Assembly: GCA_048772705.1 (NCBI GenBank)
Contig: JBLWGC010000112.1
Location: 1 to 5,525, forward strand
Direction: 5' to 3'
DNA from: Leidyana gryllorum EB-2025a
Lineage: Eukaryota > Protista > Apicomplexa
DNA: 5,525 nt
Notes under the pieces: model-generated
Told to the model about the DNA's origin: nothing
What the model saw: only the letters and a program-made list of their open reading frames with translations
Databases searched by the model: none
Part shown: in pieces, positions 1-5,434 of the stretch
How the letters are laid out: each line of letters starts with the position of its first letter
Numbering within the stretch: the stretch's first letter is position 1
Position numbers and translations under genes: made by a program

Positions 1-11
1 CGGCAGTGGAA
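1..11 (+). tRNA. 3' end of a tRNA-Glu cut by the window edge
   Basis: cggcagtggaa equals the 3' end of the Glu(TTC) gene at 4825-4896(-), and the downstream flank is homologous too. Confidence 0.6.
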
Positions 12-79
12 GCTACTTGAGCGAAGTGCTCCAGTAATCCCCGTCAACAGTGACTGATTCGTGATCTTCGGCCTGTATT

Positions 80-150
80 GCTTTCTTAGCTTAGGGGAGC
101 GTTCGCTTAGTAAGCGAAAGGTCGCCGATTCGTTTCCTTCCCGAGGGAAG
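80..150 (+). pseudogene. tRNA-Thr(AGT) pseudogene, 3' end degenerate
   Basis: gctttcttagcttaggggagcg, anticodon arm ttcgc-ttAGTaa-gcgaa, then aggtcgccgattcgtttcc; D-loop shortened and 3' acceptor strand lost. Confidence 0.75.
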
Positions 151-163
151 ATGTAATCAGTTA

Positions 164-372
164 CACTCTCGGCAAGGTGGCCGAGCGTTAAGGCGGCGGC
201 CTGCTAAGCCGTTGGGTTTCACCCGCGTGAGTTCGAATCTCACCCTTGTCGGTAGCATTCGCGGAGAGCGTGCTTCAATGATTGTCCGACTCAAATAGAA
301 CGCTCTACGCTGGGCGCTATATACAGGAGCCAATTAATTATTTCAGCGGTCAGTAGAGAGACTCGTGTTGCG
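164..372 (+). repeat. Ser(GCT) plus 3' flank, duplicated at ~2650-2856
   Basis: Shared flank gtagcattc...tgtccgac...gctctacgctgggcgctatatacaggagcca...cagtagaga...cgtgttgcg. Confidence 0.9.
171..251 (+). tRNA. tRNA-Ser(GCT), D-loop lacks one G
   Basis: Acceptor ggcaagg/ccttgtc, G73, arm gcggc-ctGCTaa-gccgt, long variable arm gggtttcaccc, T-arm gtgag-ttcgaat-ctcac. Confidence 0.88.
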
Positions 373-436
373 TGTGTTCATTTGAGAAAGGGCTAGTCCG
401 GATAGTTCTACCGACTCTTCTGGGATGGACTGAAGC

Positions 437-507
437 GGTTGCGTGGTGAGTGGTTAGCACTGGAGACTATGAATCTCCCGACCTGGGTTCGATTTCCGGC
501 GCGACCT
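437..507 (+). pseudogene. tRNA-Gln-type body carrying an ATG anticodon
   Basis: Acceptor ggttgcg/cgcgacc with U73, Gln-type D arm ggtg.agtggttagcac, arm ggaga-ctATGaa-tctcc, T-loop gttcgat. Confidence 0.7.
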
Positions 508-571
508 TGGAACTGGTCCTCACTGCTCCGTAAAACTTCGCCACTCCTCTTGGGCTGCGGGGCCCATTCAT

Positions 572-645
572 GCAGTCAACGGTTTAGTGGTTACGACGTC
601 TGCTCAACACCCAAAAGGTCCCGAGTTCGGTCCTCGGTGGCTGTA
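572..645 (+). pseudogene. tRNA-Val(AAC) pseudogene
   Basis: Acceptor gcagtca/tggctgt, D-loop tagtggtta, loop tcAACac with broken stem, T-arm ccgag-ttcggtc-ctcgg (A58 lost). Confidence 0.72.
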
Positions 646-700
646 GCTCGCGACGTTCAGCGAGAACCAAAAGAGAGAATCTTCAGCGAAGCCATCTGTG

Positions 701-772
701 CCCCGAGACCGGGAATCGAAGCCGGGTCTTCCGCGTGACAGGCGGAAATACTGATCACTATACTATCTCGGA
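701..772 (-). tRNA. tRNA-Asp(GTC), slightly degenerate
   Basis: Reverse complement tccgagatagtatagtgatcagtatttccgcctGTCacgcggaagacccggcttcgattcccggtctcgggg; G19>A and G53>C changes. Confidence 0.8.
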
Positions 773-867
773 CGCTAGTAAACTCGCCGGCCTCCAACCC
801 CAGAAGTCCTCGCATTTTGAGATTTCACCGAGAGGAAATGGGTGGAACGGCGAGCCAAGAACACTCC

Positions 868-930
868 GGCAAGATGGCCGAGTGCTGTGTGCAAGCCGCC
901 GTCCGAAATGCGGGCAGAGGATCGCAACCA
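868..930 (+). pseudogene. tRNA-Leu remnant with internal deletion
   Basis: ggcaagatggccgagtg...ctgtgtgcaagccgccgtccgaaa, homologous to the Leu copies at 3801 and 5430 but missing ~10 nt of the D arm. Confidence 0.6.
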
Positions 931-949
931 TGTTTAGGCTAATAACTGA

Positions 950-1020
950 AGCCTCCTGCCGGAATCGAACAGCGACCTTTCGCTTACAAAGCGAATGCTC
1001 TGCCCCTAAGCTAAGGAGGC
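950..1020 (-). tRNA. tRNA-Thr(TGT), 1-nt T-stem deletion
   Basis: Reverse complement gcctccttagcttaggggcagagcattcgcttTGTaagcgaaaggtcgctgttcgattccggcaggaggct; perfect acceptor and anticodon stems. Confidence 0.82.
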
Positions 1021-1084
1021 ATTCCCTGTCTCGACCCATATGAGTTTTTGATGCTGGATATTGCATCATTTCCACCACATCGCA

Positions 1085-1166
1085 CGACAACTGCTGGATT
1101 TGAATTAGCGCGGGCCAGGCCCAGTAGATTTCTAGTCTACCCCCTTAACCACTCGGGCAAGTTGCC
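1085..1166 (-). tRNA. tRNA-Ser(AGA), T-stem mismatched (possible pseudogene)
   Basis: Reverse complement ggcaacttgcccgagtggttaagggggtagactAGAaatctactgggcctggcccgcgctaattcaaatccagcagttgtcg; long variable arm, G73. Confidence 0.82.
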
Positions 1167-1430
1167 ACCTGTTCAACTCGGCATTTTGCGGCCAGTGGCT
1201 CCACATACGGTTCAGCAAGTTTGACTAGTACTCTCCACCATTGAGTCTTGCGCTCTAGCGAGGACTTGGTAACAAGTTCCTTTCGTATTAGTCGCAGAAT
1301 GTTGTGGCTTCCTCGCGTCCGGGGTGACTCTTTAGCAGAGATCCCCTCACTTGGTCACGCCCGGGCTCGAACCGGGGACCTTGAGCTTATTAGGCTCACG
1401 CTCTAACCGACTGAGCTACGCGACCACTTC
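1134..1430 (+). repeat. Ser(AGA)/Ile module, duplicated at ~2155-2499
   Basis: Shared spacer gttgccacctgt.caact...cacatacggttcagcaag...agtcttgcgctcta...ttcgtatta...ctcacttggtcacgc. Confidence 0.9.
1352..1425 (-). tRNA. tRNA-Ile(AAT), intact
   Basis: Reverse complement ggtcgcgtagctcagtcggttagagcgtgagcctAATaagctcaaggtccccggttcgagcccgggcgtgacca; all stems pair, A and B boxes intact. Confidence 0.95.
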
Positions 1431-1514
1431 TGCAACGACAGATGGCACCGACCCGGATGCTGGATCCCCCAGAGCGGGAATCAAACATCAGAGCCATTTA
1501 GACACTGGCGGACA

Positions 1515-1566
1515 GCACCCAATTTTCTAAGCAGGAGTCAGACGCGCTACGTTCCGCCATAGGCCC
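1515..1566 (-). pseudogene. tRNA-Trp-derived 5' fragment (anticodon CCA>CCT)
   Basis: Reverse complement gggcctatggcggaacgtagcgcgtctgactCCTgcttagaaaattgggtg resembles eukaryotic Trp (ggcgcaacggtagcgcgtctgactccagatcaga); T arm and 3' end missing. Confidence 0.6.
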
Positions 1567-1634
1567 AAAAACATCCCCCGCTCCAGACTTATTGCCTTGT
1601 GGTCCAACATCTCCGATCGCTCCAAACCATCTTC

Positions 1635-1706
1635 AGGGCACGCGCGGAGTTGAACCACGGACTTGCTGATCTGCAGTCAGCTGCTCTACCACTGAGCTAC
1701 GTACCC
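1635..1706 (-). tRNA. tRNA-Cys(GCA), intact
   Basis: Reverse complement gggtacgtagctcagtggtagagcagctgactGCAgatcagcaagtccgtggttcaactccgcgcgtgccct; U73, all stems pair. Confidence 0.93.
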
Positions 1707-1802
1707 ACAAACTACCCGTCATACTCGCTCAACTCGATTCTGTCTTCTCTTCTGAAGCAAAACGGCCGGTATTGTGCACGAGCTTAAACAACAACGAGTT
1801 GT

Positions 1803-1873
1803 GCATCTGTGGTCTTGTGGTAGAATGTGTCGTTGCCACCGAGACGACCCAGGTTCGATTCCCGACAGACGCA
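1803..1873 (+). pseudogene. tRNA-Gly(GCC), degenerate
   Basis: gcatctgtggtcttgtggtagaatgtgtcgttGCCaccgagacgacccaggttcgattcccgacagacgca; mismatches in three stems, A14>T. Confidence 0.8.
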
Positions 1874-2017
1874 GGAGGCACGCCTCAAACCGCCGTGGCA
1901 AATTATCAGAGACGCTGACAAGCTTGGTCGGCACGAGGCCGGGGCATTCTGACACTTGATGTAACAACCCCTTGAGATAGAATCGAATGTGAGTTACGCG
2001 GTGGAATGGCGGTGATC

Positions 2018-2050
2018 GCTCCCCTAGCTCAGCTGGTTAGAGCATCGGCC
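2018..2050 (+). pseudogene. tRNA 5' fragment (acceptor 5' strand plus D arm), isotype undetermined
   Basis: gctcccctagctcagctggttagagcatcggcc has a perfect A box/D arm, then breaks into block 2051-2156. Confidence 0.6.
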
Positions 2051-2078
2051 GTGCCCTAGCCGGGCAGGCCGACCAGGA

Positions 2079-2110
2079 GGCTGTTTGGTCTGAAGGTATG
2101 ATTTTTCCTC
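2079..2110 (+). pseudogene. tRNA-Pro 5' fragment
   Basis: ggctgtttggtctgaaggtatgatttttcctc matches the 5' half of the Pro genes at 3376, 4286 and 4978. Confidence 0.65.
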
Positions 2111-2132
2111 GCTTAAAAGAACATTGCAACTG

Positions 2133-2156
2133 GGTCTTGTAGCTCAGTCGGCAGAG
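2133..2156 (+). pseudogene. tRNA-Asn 5' fragment
   Basis: ggtcttgtagctcagtcggcagag is nearly identical to the 5' end of Asn at 3065. Confidence 0.6.
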
Positions 2157-2186
2157 TCTACCGCCTCACCACTCGGGCAAGTTGCC
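2155..2186 (-). pseudogene. tRNA-Ser(AGA) 5' fragment
   Basis: agtctaccgcctcaccactcgggcaagttgcc matches 1134-1166. Confidence 0.65.
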
Positions 2187-2420
2187 ACCTGTCCAACTGG
2201 GCATCTTGCGCCCAGTGCCGTCACATACGGTTCAGCAAGCTCGACTCGGACTTCTCGCGCTGCCCGAACCTGCGGTCTCCCATCAAAAGTCTTGCGCTCT
2301 ATCGACGGACTTGGGGCGGCGACGAAGCTCGGACTTAGTAACAAATTCCATTCGTATTAATCGTTGAATCTTGGGCCTTCCTCGGGTACAGGGCGAAGCT
2401 GTATCAGAGATGCACTCACT

Positions 2421-2494
2421 TGGTCACGCACGGGCTCCAACCGCGGACTCAGAACTCATTAGGCTCACGCTCTGGCCGCCTGAAATACGCGACC
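2421..2494 (-). pseudogene. tRNA-Ile(AAT) pseudogene
   Basis: Reverse complement ggtcgcgtatttcaggcggccagagcgtgagcctAATgagttctgagtccgcggttggagcccgtgcgtgacca; decayed copy of 1352-1425 with damaged A and B boxes. Confidence 0.82.
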
Positions 2495-2656
2495 GCTTCA
2501 GAGTTGAGGTGAACAGTCACTAGCCAAAGGAGCCGACTGATGTGTTCAGCAAAACCCCATGACTGGGATTGAAGCGGCCGCTCAGACCTTTCTCACGGAG
2601 AAGGGGCACCAATTCGTACAGGATTCCCGATGGAAGGCGTAGCCCGTTCCACTCTC

Positions 2657-2738
2657 GGCAAGGTGGCCGAGTGGTTGAGGCGGCGGCCTGCTAAGCCGGT
2701 GGGTTTCACCCGAGTGAGTTCGAATCTCACCCTTGTCG
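2657..2738 (+). tRNA. tRNA-Ser(GCT), near intact
   Basis: ggcaaggtggccgagtggttgaggcggcggcctGCTaagccggtgggtttcacccgagtgagttcgaatctcacccttgtcg; paralogue of 171-251. Confidence 0.88.
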
Positions 2739-2860
2739 GTAGCATTCGGGAAAAAGCGCAACTGCTTTGTCCGACCCAAATCCAAGGCTCTACGCTGGGC
2801 GCTATATACAGGAGCCACTTGAAATATTTCAGAGATCAGTAGAGACCCGTGTTGCGGGAG

Positions 2861-2913
2861 ACCTCGGACACTGCAGTCATAAGCCCAACACTCTCGCACT
2901 GAGTTCCACTACT
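2861..2913 (-). pseudogene. Possible degenerate initiator tRNA-Met remnant
   Basis: Reverse complement agtagtggaactcagtgcgagagtgttgggcttatgactgcagtgtccgagg; A1 start and GGG before a ctTATga loop recall tRNA-iMet; 3' end absent. Confidence 0.35.
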
Positions 2914-3010
2914 CCAGCGTCGGATATCATGCAGGAAGCGGAAATGTGGTTCTTGAGATGCGGATCGATTAGACACCTATGAGTGCCGTAGCTGGGCAGG
3001 CCGACCAGGG

Positions 3011-3042
3011 GGCTGTTTGGTCTGAAGGTATGATTTCTCCTC
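3011..3042 (+). pseudogene. tRNA-Pro 5' fragment
   Basis: ggctgtttggtctgaaggtatgatttctcctc, copy of 2079-2110. Confidence 0.65.
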
Positions 3043-3064
3043 GCTCAAAAGAACATTGCAACTG

Positions 3065-3137
3065 GGTCTTGTAGCTCAGTCGGCAAAGCGTGTAGCTGTT
3101 CACCACAAAGTCGCAGTTTCGAAGCCTGGCAGTACCG
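3065..3137 (+). pseudogene. tRNA-Asn(GTT) pseudogene
   Basis: ggtcttgtagctcagtcggcaaagcgtgtagctGTTcaccacaaagtcgcagtttcgaagcctggcagtaccg; G73, several stem mismatches. Confidence 0.75.
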
Positions 3138-3214
3138 GGAGCTGCGATGTCCAACTCTCTCTTAGAGGTCGCAACTCTGTATCTAACCACCGGCAGGTGC
3201 CGGCCTACTGAGTT

Positions 3215-3287
3215 TGGACAACCTGGGTATCGATCCCAGTACCTCTCGCATGCAAAGCGAGCGCTCTACCATCTGAGCTAGTCGCCC
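3215..3287 (-). tRNA. tRNA-Ala(TGC), intact
   Basis: Reverse complement gggcgactagctcagatggtagagcgctcgcttTGCatgcgagaggtactgggatcgatacccaggttgtcca; G3:U70 identity pair, eukaryotic A54 T-loop. Confidence 0.95.
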
Positions 3288-3375
3288 GTTGCGCAGACCC
3301 CATCGCATGTGTTGGTTCTCAACATAGTATAACCACCCTCTCAACTGTACTCAGCGGTATGCACGACCGACAGGC

Positions 3376-3447
3376 GGCTGTTTGGTCTAGTGGTATGATT
3401 CTTCTTTCGGGTGGAAGAAGTCCTGTGTTCGATTCCCAGAAGAGCCC
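3376..3447 (+). tRNA. tRNA-Pro(CGG), slightly degenerate
   Basis: ggctgtttggtctagtggtatgattcttctttCGGgtggaagaagtcctgtgttcgattcccagaagagccc; single mismatches in acceptor and T stems. Confidence 0.82.
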
Positions 3448-3561
3448 GTCTGATAGTGGTTGACTGAATGCCACGTCTCTCCAAGGTCGTATGATCCCGG
3501 ATGAAGTGCAGACCAGCTGAGACAAAATCTGAGTTGCAGCAGTTGTGAGGGGCTGGAACTG

Positions 3562-3634
3562 CTCCGAGACCGGGAATCGAACCCGGGTCTTCCGCGTGAC
3601 AGGCGGAAATACTAACCACTATACTATCTCGAGA
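3562..3634 (-). tRNA. tRNA-Asp(GTC), 1-nt insertion in the 5' acceptor strand
   Basis: Reverse complement tctcgagatagtatagtggttagtatttccgcctGTCacgcggaagacccgggttcgattcccggtctcggag; intact A and B boxes. Confidence 0.88.
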
Positions 3635-3669
3635 ATCAAAGGAAACAATCCTAAGCGAAATCAACTGTG

Positions 3670-3719
3670 CCCCGAGACCGGGAAACGAACCCTGGTCTTC
3701 CGCGTGACAGCGGAAATAC
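3670..3719 (-). pseudogene. tRNA-Asp(GTC), 5'-deleted pseudogene
   Basis: ccccgagaccgggaaacgaaccctggtcttccgcgtgacagcggaaatac; D arm and 5' acceptor strand deleted relative to 701-772. Confidence 0.8.
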
Positions 3720-3800
3720 ACGCCGGCCTCCAATCCCAGAAGTCTTTCTATTTTGACTCACGATCAGAAAACGTGTAAAGCGGCGAGCCAAGAGCACTCC

Positions 3801-3856
3801 GGCAAGATGGCCGAGTGGTCTAAGGCGCTGTGTTGAGGCCGCAGTCCAAAGGGCGA
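3801..3856 (+). pseudogene. tRNA-Leu (CAG-derived, here GAG) lacking a normal T arm and 3' acceptor strand
   Basis: ggcaagatggccgagtggtctaaggcgctgtgttGAGgccgcagtccaaagggcg: Leu D arm and variable arm. Confidence 0.75.
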
Positions 3857-3899
3857 GGATCTGGGGTTGAGCCTTTCGAACCCCGGAGCAGTTGGACGG

Positions 3900-3979
3900 C
3901 CGGGGGTAGCTCAGTTGGTAGAGCATCTGACTGTAGTGCTGGCATCAGATAGTCGGCGGTTCGATTCCGTCCCACCGGA
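3900..3979 (+). tRNA. tRNA-Tyr(GTA) with 7-nt intron (3937-3943)
   Basis: C1:G72, A73; tctga-ctGTAg[tgctggc]a-tcaga; T arm ggcgg-ttcgatt-ccgtc; one G:A mismatch in the acceptor stem. Confidence 0.9.
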
Positions 3980-4073
3980 AGTAGAGCGGTCATCGGCAAA
4001 CTACTACTCAACCTGATGGACAGCGTTGATAGGCCAACTAGACTACTCCCGCGAGGGTTCCATCTATGTAGTT

Positions 4074-4146
4074 CGGATGGGCTGGGAATCGATCCCAGAA
4101 CCTTTCGTATACTAAGCCACCGTTTCATCATCTGGGCTAGCCTCCC
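4074..4146 (-). pseudogene. tRNA-Ala-derived pseudogene (AGC>AGT)
   Basis: Reverse complement gggaggctagcccagatgatgaaacggtggcttAGTatacgaaaggttctgggatcgattcccagcccatccg; Ala-type GATCG T-loop, same position relative to Pro as Ala 3215. Confidence 0.7.
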
Positions 4147-4151
4147 TCTAT

Positions 4152-4255
4152 GACTACCTCATGGCATTGAGTGGTACTTCACATAGTAATACGAGTCTCT
4201 CGACTACCTCATGGCATTGAGTGATACTTCACATAGTGATACGAGTCTCTCGACT
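4152..4255. repeat. 50-bp direct tandem duplication (2 copies)
   Basis: gactacctcatggcattgagtgRtacttcacatagtRatacgagtctctc at 4152-4201 and 4202-4251, two mismatches, followed by gact. Confidence 0.95.
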
Positions 4256-4285
4256 GTACCCAGCGGGTTGAACCACCGACCAGTC

Positions 4286-4356
4286 GGCTGTTTGGTCTAG
4301 TGGTATGATCCTTCCTCAGGGTGGAAGTAGTCCTGGTTCGATTCCCAGAACTGCCA
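4286..4356 (+). pseudogene. tRNA-Pro(AGG), degenerate
   Basis: ggctgtttggtctagtggtatgatccttcctcAGGgtggaagtagtcctggttcgattcccagaactgcca; U33>C, 1-nt T-stem deletion. Confidence 0.78.
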
Positions 4357-4424
4357 GCTTTGTTGTATCTTGACCCAACCTGCATGGTTCTGGGTTCGGG
4401 TGATTCCTCGGAGAAAGTCGGAGG

Positions 4425-4497
4425 GGGAGTGTAGCGCAGTCGGTAGCGCGTAGGTCTCATAATCCTGAAGTCGAGAGTTCGATCCTCTCCACTCCCA
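4425..4497 (+). tRNA. Elongator tRNA-Met(CAT), intact
   Basis: gggagtgtagcgcagtcggtagcgcgtaggtctCATaatcctgaagtcgagagttcgatcctctccactccca; U31:U39 typical of eukaryotic elongator Met. Confidence 0.95.
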
Positions 4498-4541
4498 CGG
4501 TCGGACTCGAAACCGCCGACAAACTCATCATGCTATCGTTT

Positions 4542-4612
4542 TTCATCTGCCGGGAATCGCACACAGGTTATCTCGATGGCAGCGAGCGACTCTTCCACTA
4601 GACCACAGATGC
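4542..4612 (-). pseudogene. tRNA-Gly(GCC) pseudogene
   Basis: Reverse complement gcatctgtggtctagtggaagagtcgctcgctGCCatcgagataacctgtgtgcgattcccggcagatgaa; B box damaged; paralogue of 1803. Confidence 0.75.
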
Positions 4613-4677
4613 AGAACACGATCTTGTGAATCTTGCGCGTGGTGACAGCCATTCCTCTTAAGCTATCGATGCATCAA

Positions 4678-4749
4678 AGCCTTCTGCCGGAATCGAACCG
4701 GCGACTTCTCGCTGACGAAGCGAACGCTCCGCCCCTAAGCTGAGAAGGC
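4678..4749 (-). tRNA. tRNA-Thr(CGT), slightly degenerate
   Basis: Reverse complement gccttctcagcttaggggcggagcgttcgcttCGTcagcgagaagtcgccggttcgattccggcagaaggct; U8>C, A37>C. Confidence 0.8.
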
Positions 4750-4824
4750 AATGTAACCCGGGTATGACGAAAAAGCGCTATCGACGGAGATTAGTGGAGC
4801 ACTTTGCTCGAGTAGTTAAATGAC

Positions 4825-4896
4825 TTCCACTGCCGGGACTTGAACCGGAACGTGCGGGTGAAAGCCGCATATCCTAGCCACTTAGACTACAGTGGA
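4825..4896 (-). tRNA. tRNA-Glu(TTC), imperfect T stem
   Basis: Reverse complement tccactgtagtctaagtggctaggatatgcggctTTCacccgcacgttccggttcaagtcccggcagtggaa. Confidence 0.87.
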
Positions 4897-4977
4897 CAAG
4901 CTCCCGAGCTGAGGCTTCGGACGAGAGTTGTACCATCTTGAGATGAGGTGGAGCGTCGGGTCAACCGACAAGCAACG

Positions 4978-5049
4978 GGGCTGTTCTGGGAATCGAACCC
5001 AGGACTTCTTCCACCCGAAGGAAGAATCATAACACTAGACCAAACAGCC
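4978..5049 (-). tRNA. tRNA-Pro(CGG), near intact (D-loop GG>GT)
   Basis: Reverse complement ggctgtttggtctagtgttatgattcttccttCGGgtggaagaagtcctgggttcgattcccagaacagccc. Confidence 0.88.
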
Positions 5050-5138
5050 GCCGAGCGGGTGGTTTAACCCGCTGGGTACAGTCGAGAGACTCGTCTCACT
5101 ATGTGAAGTATCACTCAATGCCATGAGGTAGGCACAGA

Positions 5139-5210
5139 GGGAGGCTAGCCCAGATGATGAAAGGGTGCTTAGTGTACGAAAGGTTCTGGGACCGATTCTC
5201 AGCTCATCCG
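5139..5210 (+). pseudogene. tRNA-Ala-derived pseudogene
   Basis: gggaggctagcccagatgatgaaagggtgcttAGTgtacgaaaggttctgggaccgattctcagctcatccg, inverted copy of 4074-4146. Confidence 0.68.
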
Positions 5211-5310
5211 AACTAGATAGATGGAACCCTCGCCGGAGTAGTCTAGTTGGCTCAACGCTCTCTGCCAAAACCATCAGGTTGAGTAGTACTTTGCCGATCA
5301 CCACTCTACT

Positions 5311-5390
5311 TCCGGTGGGACGGAATCGAACCGCCGACTATCTGATGCCAGCACTACAGTCAGATGCTCTACCAACTGAGCTACCCCCGG
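5311..5390 (-). tRNA. tRNA-Tyr(GTA) with 7-nt intron
   Basis: Exact reverse complement of 3900-3979. Confidence 0.9.
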
Positions 5391-5434
5391 CCGTCCAACT
5401 GCTCCGGGGTTCAAAAGGCTCAACCCCAGATCCC

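Larger units (their letters stand above)
685..930 (+). repeat. Asp(-)/Leu(+) module, duplicated at ~3654-3860
   Basis: Shared spacer cgccggcctccaa.cccagaagtc...cggcgagccaaga.cactccggcaagatggccgagtg. Confidence 0.88.
2051..2156 (+). repeat. Pro-fragment/Asn module, duplicated at ~2983-3088
   Basis: Shared gggcaggccgaccagg.ggctgtttggtctgaaggtatgattt...aaaagaacattgcaactgggtcttgtagctcagtcggca. Confidence 0.9.
3802..4380 (+). repeat. Left arm of large inverted duplication (Leu-Tyr-Ala-Pro module)
   Basis: Reverse-complement match to ~4955-5489 through genes and spacers. Confidence 0.92.

Noticed and set aside
1463-1487. Possible tRNA 3' fragment on the minus strand (gtttgattcccgctctgggg)
   Set aside because: Too short and degenerate to assign
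1515-1566. Functional tRNA-Arg(CCT) or suppressor tRNA
   Set aside because: The body is Trp-like and lacks the T arm and 3' acceptor strand; no stop-reading anticodon was found in the window
2018-2186. Split or trans-spliced tRNA halves
   Set aside because: No complementary leader/trailer sequences or matching 3' halves seen; the fragments are explained by duplication junctions
2553-2580. Possible tRNA 3' fragment on the minus strand (ttcaatcccagtcatgggg)
   Set aside because: B-box-like motif only, no cloverleaf
4152-4255. Possible CRISPR-like repeat
   Set aside because: Two adjacent 50-bp copies with no spacer and no cas genes; a simple tandem duplication
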